Shown piece after piece: positions 38,415 to 47,981 of a DNA stretch of 64,000 nt (its first letter is position 1; every line of letters begins with the position of its first letter). The notes below the pieces were generated by a model. It was not told the DNA's origin and did no database searches. It worked only from the letters and a program-made list of their open reading frames with translations. The DNA is taken from positions 54,975-118,974 of the forward strand of contig JAHFSP010000001.1 of the NCBI GenBank assembly GCA_023265685.1. The letters are read 5' to 3'. Origin of the DNA: Candidatus Woesearchaeota archaeon. Lineage in GTDB: Archaea; Nanobdellota; Nanobdellia; Woesearchaeales; GW2011-AR9. A program made the translations under genes and the position numbers.

Positions 38415-39494
38415 TTCAATCACAATCGTTTTCTTTTTCAAATCAATGCTTTTGATTTTCTTTTCTTTGCGTAGTTCTTTTTCAATGTTAGTCCAGCTTT
38501 GGGTCTTGCGTAACTCTTGAACGATGTCGCGGAGTTTTTGAAGTGAGGCGTAGTGTTGGTATAATACATCCCCTTTAGTGATGTTAAGTTTGATCGCGTC
38601 TTCTTGTTTGTTAATACTTTCTTGTTGATCATAAATCATTTTTTCCAGTGATTTTATTTTTTGTTCATAGGGTGAACTTTTGACAAATGGAGCGAGCTGA
38701 TCAAGCATTTCACTATAAGTGGCAGCTTTTTTGATTATTTCTCGTCCATGTAGTTCAATGGGGGCAATGTCATCAACATACCCAAAACCATGAGGGTGTT
38801 GAAGTTCTTGGAGTAGGAGATCGCGTTGTTCGATTAATGCGCGAATGTCTTTCTCTTGGACCTGTGATGGAAGAGTATCTTTCGCGATGCCTGCACGTTT
38901 ACAGAGCTCTTCTGCGTAGACTCCTCCTAGACCAAGTTCTGTGGCCATGGCGGTTGCGAGATTACGTTTTTCACTTTTTTCGATAAGTGCACTTAATTCT
39001 TTTTGTTTGACGGATTTCCAACTGGTTTGTGAACTTGGGAAGACATATTCTTGTTTTGCTTTGACGGTACGTTCTTTCCAGAGTTGTTGTTCTAGAGTTC
39101 CTAAAATCTGCCATTTATCATCAGTAAGAACGACGTTACCTTTAGAGAATAATTCAACGATAATGAAGAATTTTTCTTTTTTCTCAAATTCGAAGACGAT
39201 GATACGTTCAGCATCTTTTTGAGTTAATCCGATAAGTGTAGCATTATCAATATGTTTTCGTAACTGCATGCAAAAACTAGTAGGGTGGACGGCAGTTTGT
39301 GTTTTGGAGGTGAGGCAGAGATATTTTCCAACGACGATTTTGACATGCTGTTTACCATGAGCCGAACTATGAAATTGAAACAATAATTCTTTTTGTTCTT
39401 GGTGATAGATATGGGATAGCTTACTACGTAGGAGAAATTGGAGTTCTTGGACAATGGCTGCAAAGTCGACTGAGGAGATGGATTTTTTTTGCAT
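38409..39494 (-). CDS. NFACT/Rqc2 (FbpA) family protein, N-terminal half only
   Basis: SFCMQLRKHI, ERII, ELFSKGNVVLTD, GLGGVYAEELC; ends after the first coiled coil. Confidence 0.85.
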   Translation of the reverse strand: MQKKSISSVDFAAIVQELQFLLRSKLSHIYHQEQKELLFQFHSSAHGKQHVKIVVGKYLCLTSKTQTAVHPTSFCMQLRKHIDNATLIGLTQKDAERIIVFEFEKKEKFFIIVELFSKGNVVLTDDKWQILGTLEQQLWKERTVKAKQEYVFPSSQTSWKSVKQKELSALIEKSEKRNLATAMATELGLGGVYAEELCKRAGIAKDTLPSQVQEKDIRALIEQRDLLLQELQHPHGFGYVDDIAPIELHGREIIKKAATYSEMLDQLAPFVKSSPYEQKIKSLEKMIYDQQESINKQEDAIKLNITKGDVLYQHYASLQKLRDIVQELRKTQSWTNIEKELRKEKKIKSIDLKKKTIVIEL

Positions 39495-39515
39495 GGTAGG
39501 GAAAGGTATTTCGTA

Positions 39516-40340
39516 CTATTTATTTCTTTGGAGTATTTTTGGGAGTTGTTTAAACTGATGAATGGCTTCTTCAAGAGCGATTATATGAGCTTGGATGCGT
39601 CTTTCGAGTTCCCAACAGGTTGGTGTTTCAAATGTGAGAGCAACGTCTGCTCCTTGTTGGTAAAAGAAATTTTCAAGAGTTCTTTCGTCTAGATCAGCGC
39701 TAAAGACACAACCGTGTAAGGCAGTTTCACCATAAATACTTGATTGATTGGAAACAGGAAAGGTTTCGCCAACTTTTTTAGTAATATGTGGTCCAAGAAT
39801 TAGTCCGCTCGCAGTTCGTTCATAGAGGTAGAACGCAGTGGGTGGTTTGAACTCTCCATCGTTTTTATGTACAACATCTTCATGAAAGTCGATAGACAAA
39901 CAAGCTCGAATCATTTTTTCTTTGATGTATCCAGTGATAAGTTTTGCCTCTTGTGAATGAGAATCAGAAACAAAATGACGGTTGATATCTATCTCATCAC
40001 CATTTTCCCTCCGAAAAAATGTAGACCCCCATGGGTTGACTCTTGGTATAAGAAGAAATTCATAATCTTGTTGATAGGCACTCATTTTTTGAGCGGTGAA
40101 GAGTTGGAGCGCTTCAACTCCGGCAATTTCATCACCATGAACACCAGCGGTAAGAACAATAACTGGTTTTAGGGGAATACTTTTCCACGTGTAATACGCA
40201 AAAAGGGAGAAGGTTGCAATTTGGGAGGTTTCTTCAGAAGAGGTTCGGGCTTCATATTGAACGTTTCCAATTAGTTCACCGGTAAGAAAATGGAGATCTT
40301 TGAAATGTTCTGGGGGTACAGATTGAGAACGATGAACCAT
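39516..40340 (-). CDS. M14 metallopeptidase / succinylglutamate desuccinylase-like protein
   Basis: AGVHGDE, NPWG, DINRHF, DFHE, FETP. Start moved to MVHRSQ because the longer ORF overlaps a tRNA. Confidence 0.85.
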   Translation of the reverse strand: MVHRSQSVPPEHFKDLHFLTGELIGNVQYEARTSSEETSQIATFSLFAYYTWKSIPLKPVIVLTAGVHGDEIAGVEALQLFTAQKMSAYQQDYEFLLIPRVNPWGSTFFRRENGDEIDINRHFVSDSHSQEAKLITGYIKEKMIRACLSIDFHEDVVHKNDGEFKPPTAFYLYERTASGLILGPHITKKVGETFPVSNQSSIYGETALHGCVFSADLDERTLENFFYQQGADVALTFETPTCWELERRIQAHIIALEEAIHQFKQLPKILQRNK

Positions 40341-40373
40341 AGTGTTTTTTCCTCTTAGAAAGATTGAAAAGAG

Positions 40374-40508
40374 AGCACCCGGAGGGACGTTCGTGCGCAG
40401 AGCACATCTCGAACCCTCGAATATTCGCTGTCTTCTTGTCATCGCTTCGTGAGAAGCTCATCCTAGCGGATCTGCAGGCGAGTGCCTTGGCCGCTTGGCA
40501 ACGGGTGC
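40374..40508 (-). tRNA. tRNA-Cys(GCA) with two introns (37/38: 40430-40471; 59/60: 40388-40407)
   Basis: Spliced 73-nt cloverleaf with GCACCCG/CGGGTGC acceptor stem, U73 discriminator and CT GCA GA loop. The T-loop intron forms a perfect BHB. Confidence 0.92.
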
Positions 40509-40595
40509 TTGGTAAGGCTTTCTTCGAAGATGCTTTATATAATTTTCGAGGAATTTGAAGCTAGATTTAGAATAATCTTAGGCACTTCTTAGATA

Positions 40596-40919
40596 CTACA
40601 TTACTTTTCCATCGAGTTGTTTCACTTTACCGCAATTGCCGCATTTCATGCGAATGACGTTGTCTTCATCTGAATAGAAAGGCATGATTTCGAGTAATTC
40701 GGCTTTACCATATCCGCATTTTTCGCAGATATGATCGTGGACAGCTAAGAAGTTTTTGGAGTCTCCAACGACGACTTTTTCCATTGGTTGATTAGGAGTT
40801 ATTTGGAGGGTTGCTTTTTGTTGCATTTCAGGTTGGCTGTGGCCGTTTGGGCAGGCCATCCATTTCCCATAGGAGGTTTTTTTGGGAAGAAGTAGGGTGC
40901 CACAGGTTTTACAGAACAT
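40596..40919 (-). CDS. Transcription factor S / RpoM-like double Zn-ribbon protein
   Basis: MFCKTCG...CPNGH and CEKCG...YSDED...C..C. Confidence 0.8.
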   Translation of the reverse strand: MFCKTCGTLLLPKKTSYGKWMACPNGHSQPEMQQKATLQITPNQPMEKVVVGDSKNFLAVHDHICEKCGYGKAELLEIMPFYSDEDNVIRMKCGNCGKVKQLDGKVM

Positions 40920-40992
40920 GAGAGAGTGGTTGCTGGAATGTATTAAAAATTCTACTGTTTGGTATTGAAAACTGTTTAATTATTGAAAAAAG

Positions 40993-41104
40993 CGGATCCG
41001 ATGGGATTTGAACCCACGATCTACAGCTATCGTCGTGAGATGAACTCTACAGCTCTGATCTCAGGTAGAAGGCTGTCGCGCTATCCAGGCTACGCTACGG
41101 ATCC
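40993..41104 (-). tRNA. tRNA-Arg(UCU) with a canonical 37/38 intron (41029-41065)
   Basis: GGATCCG/CGGATCC acceptor stem, ACAGC-CT TCT A|A-GCTGT anticodon arm, GTGGG-TTCAAAT-CCCAT T arm. Confidence 0.94.
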
Positions 41105-41158
41105 ACAAAAGCTTCTTCGTCAGATAACTTTTAAATATTTCGTCTATAAAAATGGTGT

Positions 41159-41791
41159 ATGGATGAACCAATCTTTTTTATGGCGAGAGATTTCAAAGCA
41201 AAAGGCCATGAACGGGGAAGTAAACCGAATACAGAAAAGATCAAATCCATGATGTATGAAGAAGATTATGCAAATTTAGAATCATTCCGCCCTTCTTTTT
41301 CTCTTCCTATTGTTACTAATCCCACTCTCTTTTATCCGGGGAGTGGTTGTGATATTCTTACCCCTTTACTTTATATTGAAAAGCTTTTTGCCACAACCAA
41401 AGAGTCCACATTCGTTTTCATTGATACTGAGCCGTTTCTTGCCCTAATCAAAACAATTTTGGATGATGTGGAGATTCCTTTCACAAATACCAAAGAGGGA
41501 ATTATCTTTTATTGGAAAGATCAAAAAATAACTCTTCACTTTCAAACCAAAGATGTTTTCTCTGCTCTTGCTACGTTGGAGCCATTTGATATTTATTTCG
41601 AAAAAGCTTTTCGGATTATGAAAGAAGAATGCATGAACATTGAAGAATATGAACATATGATCTTTGAGAAACTTAATCATGGAGGAGTTGTGATTAGTGA
41701 TAGTGGGTTTAGGGGATTGGATTTAGAGTATTTTCCGATTTCGCAGGAGTTGAGCAGTTATAATGAGATGGTGTTGGGAAGTAAGAATTGA
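41159..41791 (+). CDS. Hypothetical protein, possibly a SAM-methyltransferase-like fold
   Basis: LFYPGSGCD and LNHGGVVISD resemble class I methyltransferase motifs. Confidence 0.55.
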   Translation: MDEPIFFMARDFKAKGHERGSKPNTEKIKSMMYEEDYANLESFRPSFSLPIVTNPTLFYPGSGCDILTPLLYIEKLFATTKESTFVFIDTEPFLALIKTILDDVEIPFTNTKEGIIFYWKDQKITLHFQTKDVFSALATLEPFDIYFEKAFRIMKEECMNIEEYEHMIFEKLNHGGVVISDSGFRGLDLEYFPISQELSSYNEMVLGSKN

Positions 41792-41845
41792 CTAGTGTAA
41801 TTGATTTCACATAAACTTATAAACCTTTTTTGGATATTACTTATT

Positions 41846-42196
41846 ATGAATATTGAATACCGAGAACCGAGAGTTCTTCCTGCTCAAATGGGTTTGGGAT
41901 ACCAACCTACTACCCAATTTCCAGTTTTATATTTAGGGACTAGACCTATTGAAGGAGCATTTGCAAATACAACTGGAGGATTATTTTTATTTCCCAATAT
42001 GGCCAATTATACTCTTATCGATGGCGTTAATCCTGGAAATACAGAGATTGCAGATTTGGTTGGACCTCTTGTTAAAGTATTAAATGGTAATACACGAGTT
42101 ATAAAAGACCGAACCGTTTTTGTTGCAGTTAACCCAGGACAAGAAACACTTTGGGATCCTGTGGTAGAAGCATTGCAACGACATTATCGTAAATAA
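41846..42196 (+). CDS. Hypothetical protein
   Basis: Start moved to MNIEYRE, downstream of a TATA-like element. Confidence 0.55.
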   Translation: MNIEYREPRVLPAQMGLGYQPTTQFPVLYLGTRPIEGAFANTTGGLFLFPNMANYTLIDGVNPGNTEIADLVGPLVKVLNGNTRVIKDRTVFVAVNPGQETLWDPVVEALQRHYRK

Positions 42197-42244
42197 ATCA
42201 AAATATTGTACACAAATGTATTCTAAAAAAAATAGAAGAAACAT

Positions 42245-43489
42245 CTAATCCAAGAATGTCTTATTCTTAATTTTCTCTGGTAAGTATTTCTCGGAGATGA
42301 ACGAAATTCCTTTGGATGAGAGAGCCTGAATTTCTACTTTGTTACCGAATTCTTTCATCATTTTGAACTGACGTTGCCATTCTTTGTTTTTCTCAAACCA
42401 TTCGTAACTTTGCATTTGTTTAAGTCGAGCAATGTCTTGGTCTGTCAATTTAATGAAATGGCGTTTGAGGTCGTACTCAATAACGTCGTCACAGGTGATT
42501 CCAATGAATTTTACGTTAGGAATAGCCATTTCTGCAGCCATGTGAGCAAGACTAATCGAGCCAAATTTGATAACGGAATAAATATACCATCCCCAAGGGT
42601 CGTTGTCTGCAAGGACGTAGATGGGGAGTTTATGTTCAACGCTAAGGCGTTGTAATAAACGCCGAATACCACGAGTGGTTTGACCTTGTGAAGACATGAT
42701 CAAACAGCTTTGTTTTTCCCAGAAGCGGTCTTCGTGGAGACGTTCCCAAACAGCTGCCTTTTCCATATACAAGATATATTTGGCATCGACTTTTTTGAAT
42801 TTGATATTTTCAACGTTACTAGGAATAGACCAACCGCCGGACCCTAATCTTGACCAATCAATGGTATCTCCGGAATCTTCAACGATAACTTTACCGGCAA
42901 CCGAACCCATTTTGTTGGCGTTGACGTGAAGCTGTTCACGTGAAAAACTGGTAATAATTTCGAGATCTTCAATGGACTTGTCCGACTCAGTTTGCTCATC
43001 AACAACGTTGATTTTGGTATTAGGAATAGTACGCTTTGCCATGTAAAAGACGTCCCGTAGACTGGCGTGTTTGCCAACATCGAGCAGATTTTTACAAATT
43101 GAGGCAACTTCAATAGTCTGAAGGAATTTTTTGGTGTGACTTGCATTAAAGAAGAAACGTTGAGCTTTTTTGTCTCCGAGAGTTAACGTTTTGGCGTCCT
43201 TATCATAGACTACGTTAGAAAGACCACGTACAGACATTTCGATTTTAGGATTTTCACCTTTTCGAATGTCAGTAACAATTGCTTTTCCTAGATTAACAAG
43301 TTCTTTACCAGCTTCACTTTTAGGAGCAATGAACGCAGCAGCATGGTGATCATCAGATTGAGCGGAGGCTTTAGCGGAGGTAGTGGAAGCTTTCATGGAG
43401 CTCGTGGTGTTTTGAGAGAGAGTTTTTTGTGTTCCTTCTTTTTTGACTTGGTTCTCTGGAACTTTGGTTGGGTTTTTTGCAGCAGCCAT
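42245..43489 (-). CDS. top6A: DNA topoisomerase VI subunit A
   Basis: SLRDVFY, EQTESD, EK, DNDPWG, KVEIQAL. Confidence 0.96.
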   Translation of the reverse strand: MAAAKNPTKVPENQVKKEGTQKTLSQNTTSSMKASTTSAKASAQSDDHHAAAFIAPKSEAGKELVNLGKAIVTDIRKGENPKIEMSVRGLSNVVYDKDAKTLTLGDKKAQRFFFNASHTKKFLQTIEVASICKNLLDVGKHASLRDVFYMAKRTIPNTKINVVDEQTESDKSIEDLEIITSFSREQLHVNANKMGSVAGKVIVEDSGDTIDWSRLGSGGWSIPSNVENIKFKKVDAKYILYMEKAAVWERLHEDRFWEKQSCLIMSSQGQTTRGIRRLLQRLSVEHKLPIYVLADNDPWGWYIYSVIKFGSISLAHMAAEMAIPNVKFIGITCDDVIEYDLKRHFIKLTDQDIARLKQMQSYEWFEKNKEWQRQFKMMKEFGNKVEIQALSSKGISFISEKYLPEKIKNKTFLD

Positions 43490-45145
43490 CTACATATCCT
43501 CCTCTTCACTTTCATTTCGGCGTCGAGGTAATTCTTCTCCTTCATCAATTTCTCCTTTAAGAGATTCCATTTGTTCCATTTTGGAGGTAAGTGTTTCTTT
43601 TTGTACCATCTCTTCAAGTTGATCTATTAAATCGTTTTTATTAGCACCTGTAAGACGAGAAAGGGCGTCAGCAACTTCAGGAATGAAATTTTCGAACATA
43701 CTGGCTCTCTCGATTTGCCCTTGGATTTTTTGTTTTTTATGGACGTAGGATTGTAATTTTCTTCCAACGTCTTGAAGTGCTAGCTTGATCTCTTTGATAA
43801 TTTCTGGATAATGAGCCAATGCTTCTTTTGATTCTGAGGTAAATGGTACCCACACTGAGGCAATATGAAGAAGAACAGTGAGAGGTCCCGTTGGGAGTGC
43901 TCCTTGACTTTGTAAAAGGCCATAGGGTTTCCAGGCAGTCGTTACGACTGCTTTGGTAAGGGCACAGGCTCCTTGTTGATACAGAAGAGGAACTTTGTTG
44001 GCGTAACGTAGAACCGTCGCGAGCTCATCTTTAGGTTGTGTTCCCCCATATGCAACTCCAATTTCTATCTGAAATGGATTTCCACGGTAGACAAAAATAG
44101 GACGGGTAATAGCACAATAAAATTCGGCATTAATTTCTTTCTTAAGACTTTTTTCAAGTAACTCTTGACCAATAGGACTTAAACAATCGGTGGGTGGGGA
44201 TTGAATTTTTGTATTTTGAATTCCTTTGTACAATGTTTCGGCCATTTCTCGATTGATAATCTCAGGTTTTGTAGAGGGAAGTAACGCACTGTTTTCACAA
44301 ATTTCTTTAGCAGTTTGATCACTTACCTTAGAGAATTCAGTGGTCAAAAACTCTTTGAGAGTTTTAGAATTACTTAGCTCAAGCATTTTAATCAACCGAC
44401 CTAATTCTACTCCATACGGATGAGGTTTGATTTCTTTGGCTTCAGAAGGAAGTTGATCAGTTACACGAGAAAAAATAGTTTGTTGAGCTTCAGGATTAGT
44501 ATAAATGATCGTACAATGAGGATTAACGATTGCGGTTTGTTTGAGATATTCATCAACTGACTGACGGCCTTTCATATAACTAGCATCCATATCCATTTCG
44601 ATTCGAATACCATGTTCTTTTTCAGGCCATTCGAGATCTCCTTCCTCGACGATTTGAGGTTCGTTGGTTTGAGTATCAATTTTTAATTTGACATAAAATG
44701 CTTTTTTGGTTGACGCAATTTTAGATTTAATGGTAGTGGGTTTTCCTGAGGTGAGTTGAGCGTAGAGTACTGCTGCTGAGATACCAATACCTTGTTGTCC
44801 TCTTGTTTGAGAGATTTTATGAAATTTTGAGCCGTAGAGAAGTTTTCCAAAGATACGAGCAAGTTGTTTTTGAATGATACCTGGGCCGTTATCTTCGACG
44901 ATAACTCGAAAGCGAGTTTCTTCGAGTTGAATGAGTTCGACATTAATCTCAGGAAGAATACGTGCTTCTTCACAGGCATCAAGAGCGTTGTCAACAGCTT
45001 CACGAATCGTGGTGAGGAGCGATTTACGAGGGTTATCAAAACCTAGTAAATGACGGTTTTTTTCAAAGAATTCCGCGATGGAAATTTCACGTTGTTTCTT
45101 TGCTAACTCTTCAGCGCTCTTTTGAACCATATTTTCTAAAGCCAA
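43490..45145 (-). CDS. top6B: DNA topoisomerase VI subunit B
   Basis: [38 protein letters not shown]. Confidence 0.97.
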   Translation of the reverse strand: MALENMVQKSAEELAKKQREISIAEFFEKNRHLLGFDNPRKSLLTTIREAVDNALDACEEARILPEINVELIQLEETRFRVIVEDNGPGIIQKQLARIFGKLLYGSKFHKISQTRGQQGIGISAAVLYAQLTSGKPTTIKSKIASTKKAFYVKLKIDTQTNEPQIVEEGDLEWPEKEHGIRIEMDMDASYMKGRQSVDEYLKQTAIVNPHCTIIYTNPEAQQTIFSRVTDQLPSEAKEIKPHPYGVELGRLIKMLELSNSKTLKEFLTTEFSKVSDQTAKEICENSALLPSTKPEIINREMAETLYKGIQNTKIQSPPTDCLSPIGQELLEKSLKKEINAEFYCAITRPIFVYRGNPFQIEIGVAYGGTQPKDELATVLRYANKVPLLYQQGACALTKAVVTTAWKPYGLLQSQGALPTGPLTVLLHIASVWVPFTSESKEALAHYPEIIKEIKLALQDVGRKLQSYVHKKQKIQGQIERASMFENFIPEVADALSRLTGANKNDLIDQLEEMVQKETLTSKMEQMESLKGEIDEGEELPRRRNESEEEDM

Positions 45146-45252
45146 GCTGGAGGTATATAAAAATTGTGGTTTGGGTGTGTTGGTCTTTTGTCGTCGGGTA
45201 TTTTTTGTTGTTTCGTCTGAAATTGATTTTGTACTAACTACTAAACTAGATT

Positions 45253-45825
45253 CTAATGAAAAGTTTGCTCTGGTTTACTTGTTTTTTCCCGTTCAAGAAG
45301 AGTTAAGATAGCTCCATCTCTGCGTGCAGTTCTATGAGCTTCGTATCCTGCTCCAAAACAAACAGCGCCAATGATCCCAAAGAAAAACATTAAACCATAG
45401 AGGTTTCCTCCATTGCTCCAAGAGTAGGAATCTAGCTCTTGATGGAAATAATTTGCGAGAGATTTTCTCGTGTTGAGATCCTCGGTTCTTAGTTGTGTTC
45501 CGAGGTTAATCTCAAATGGGTTTAAATGATCTCCCGTAGCGTTTTTTGCTGCAATAACACCTTCATAGAGAATTTTTACATCGTCAATTGAGCCACGATT
45601 GTAGCTTATTCGAGAATACGCTTCTTGGGCCGGTTGGATTTGTGTTGGTTGAGGAGGTTTTTGTTTTAATTCATACGCAATATCTCCTGCCATTCCTGCA
45701 AATACAAGTCCGCATACAGGAAATGCCCATCGTACAACCCGAGTCACATCAAATTCTTCTTCTAGTTTCTGGGGAGTTGTTCCTAAAGATTGAATGAGAT
45801 CGGCAATACTTGTTTCTTCTGGCAT
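45253..45825 (-). CDS. Hypothetical 2-TM protein
   Basis: 190-aa ORF with two hydrophobic segments. Confidence 0.6.
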   Translation of the reverse strand: MPEETSIADLIQSLGTTPQKLEEEFDVTRVVRWAFPVCGLVFAGMAGDIAYELKQKPPQPTQIQPAQEAYSRISYNRGSIDDVKILYEGVIAAKNATGDHLNPFEINLGTQLRTEDLNTRKSLANYFHQELDSYSWSNGGNLYGLMFFFGIIGAVCFGAGYEAHRTARRDGAILTLLEREKTSKPEQTFH

Positions 45826-45929
45826 AGAATTTAGAAAGATTATGGGTATAAATAAATATGGTTTTAGAAGAGGGAGTTATAAATTTGTGATATAGGGAGG
45901 ATTGTTGAGGATTTTAATTTTCGAGAAAT

Positions 45930-46466
45930 TTATTGCGTAGAATACAGATCTTTGCGTTTTTTCTCTAAGAAGGAGAAGACGCTTTTGTGCATTGAACCAT
46001 TAAGTAACATAGCAACGGCATCGCGACTAGCCATAACGTTGGCAACCTCACCAATAATACCAATGGTTTTTCCGTAAATAACAATATGGGTATCAGTGAG
46101 GCGTTCGATCTCTTCACGAGATTTGCCTTCTTTACCGATTACACGACCTTTGAGACGTTCCATGGTATTTTTATTTTTACCAGCAACATCTTTCATGTCG
46201 ATGAGTTCGAGAGTGTAATCAGTTTTGAGGAGTTCTAATGCGACTTTGGGATTAAAGCCGCGAGCAATAGCATGAACGATTTCTCTAGTGGTGTAGAGAA
46301 TGAGTCCGTCGTTGCCTTTGATTTCAACGTCGCCTTCTTTAGAGATTTGTAATTCACAGCCGGTTGATTCTTCGATCTCTTTCTTGGTTTTCCCTTCAGT
46401 CCCAATGAGTACGGCAACTCGTTCTTCAGGGATCTTGAGTTCATAAGAAAATTCATCTTCAGCCAT
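45930..46466 (-). CDS. KH-domain rRNA processing protein (Dim2/Pno1)
   Basis: LIGTEG, ARGF, GRVIGKEGK, G..H; adjacent to rio1. Confidence 0.92.
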   Translation of the reverse strand: MAEDEFSYELKIPEERVAVLIGTEGKTKKEIEESTGCELQISKEGDVEIKGNDGLILYTTREIVHAIARGFNPKVALELLKTDYTLELIDMKDVAGKNKNTMERLKGRVIGKEGKSREEIERLTDTHIVIYGKTIGIIGEVANVMASRDAVAMLLNGSMHKSVFSFLEKKRKDLYSTQ

Positions 46467-46542
46467 AGTTCCTACTTGTCAGCAACAACCTTTTAAATGT
46501 TTGCTCTTAAGTTGAAAGAATTGAAGAGGAGTTGTTCATTAG

Positions 46543-47274
46543 TTATTCTTTATTTTTTTTAGGAGCACTGGCAATAATTTTTTGAAGTAATTCTTCAGTT
46601 TGGCATTTGACTCCCAATTTGATGAAATAATTGGTAATGTTTTTGATGTCACGTATGAGAAGCTCTTGGGCGTTGGGAGTTTTGGTGAGAGTGGATTGGG
46701 AGAAATCGATAATGACAGGTTTTTCATTATGGTTTAGGATGTTAAATGATGAAAGATCTCCATGTACTAATCCGCCAGCATACATTTTCTGCACTTGAAT
46801 GATAAGATCTTCAAAGAATTTGTTGGGATTTTGAGGAGGACAATCTTTTAGTGGGGGAGCGGCAATATCACCATCGCCAATAAACTCTTCAACAAGAATA
46901 TGATTTCGCCAAGCGAGTGGCGCAGGGACTCTGGTGCCACTCTTTTGAGCCCGTAGAATATTTTTATATTCTCGTTGAGTCCAAGCCATAATAACTTGGC
47001 GTCGATGTTGTTTAAGAAAATTGTAGCGAGGATCTTGTTTAATATACCCAAACATGCGTAAGAAATCACAATTTTGCATCCGGTAAATTTTAATGATGAT
47101 GTTTTTACCCTCATGTTTGGCGACAAAGACATTGCTTTCTTTGCCGACTTTGAGAGGAATATTGACTTCATCAAACATCCCTTTGCTTTGGAGTTCAAAG
47201 AGGGTTCGTTTGGTGAATTCATCGAAAACACCTTTATCTGTTTTGAACCGTTCTTGATACTTGAGAGTGACCAT
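46543..47274 (-). CDS. rio1: RIO1 kinase
   Basis: GKESNVF, KIYR, WTQREYKN, LVHGDLSSFNIL, IDFSQ. Confidence 0.94.
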   Translation of the reverse strand: MVTLKYQERFKTDKGVFDEFTKRTLFELQSKGMFDEVNIPLKVGKESNVFVAKHEGKNIIIKIYRMQNCDFLRMFGYIKQDPRYNFLKQHRRQVIMAWTQREYKNILRAQKSGTRVPAPLAWRNHILVEEFIGDGDIAAPPLKDCPPQNPNKFFEDLIIQVQKMYAGGLVHGDLSSFNILNHNEKPVIIDFSQSTLTKTPNAQELLIRDIKNITNYFIKLGVKCQTEELLQKIIASAPKKNKE

Positions 47275-47596
47275 ACAGTGGGAATGAAAGAAGACGAGTT
47301 TTTATGTGTTTACTAATAAGAATCAATCGCTACATCATGGACATTAAACGGCATACACTATTTTAACCACTATCAAGTTACACTCTAACCATAAAATTTA
47401 TATATTAGTGCCACTTACAAGTAGTATTAACACCTCAAACCACCTCTTTCCTCAGCGAGCCAGCAATGGTTTGCTGGGGTTTATTTTCTTAAAAGAAACT
47501 TGTTTTTAGCTTAGTTTTTCAATTTAAACAAAAATTAAGCCCTATTCTTATTTACCTACCGAAGCATTTATATACCACCACCGCTTCGAAGCATTT

Positions 47597-47668
47597 GCCC
47601 GACACGAGAGTACCTGTGGGAGCATACGGCCTGTCCAAGCCATGAACATGGGGGTTAGTGTTGCGGGC
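47597..47668 (+). ncRNA. Candidate structured non-coding RNA (unassigned)
   Basis: Nested stems GCCCGACAC/GTGTTGCGGGC, CCTGTG/CATGGG and GGC/GCC. GC-rich in an AT-rich region; TTTATATA about 25-30 nt upstream. Confidence 0.4.
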
Positions 47669-47981
47669 TTCATTTTCAACAATATGTTGAAAAGTGGAAT
47701 TAATCATAATTAACGTGCGTACTTTACATGGGTAAGGGAAGTAATCATCAACGAACCAAGAAGGGATGGGGCATAGTTCCCTTCGGCGCTTACATAATAG
47801 ATATTCACATTCGTTTCATCCTCACTATTTTAGAGGTATATCATCATACTCCCGAGTATTAGGAGAACATTTGTGGGTCCTATTCTGCAGTGCCATTCCC
47901 CCATAGAACAATCCTCTACCATTCCTTCAGGCCTTGATTGGTAATTGAAACGTTCTTCGCACATATACGGAGGAAACAAAA

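Noticed and set aside
40341-40558. N-terminal extension of the M14 peptidase and small ORFs here
   Set aside because: The sequence is explained by tRNA-Cys; the ATG at 40340 is a better start.
40983-41252. 89-aa ORF on the plus strand
   Set aside because: It is the antisense reading of tRNA-Arg.
47597-47668. 72-nt element as a tRNA or SRP RNA
   Set aside because: It has no T-loop or D-arm, only five contiguous acceptor-like pairs, and no SRP helix-8 motif. It is kept only as an unassigned candidate.
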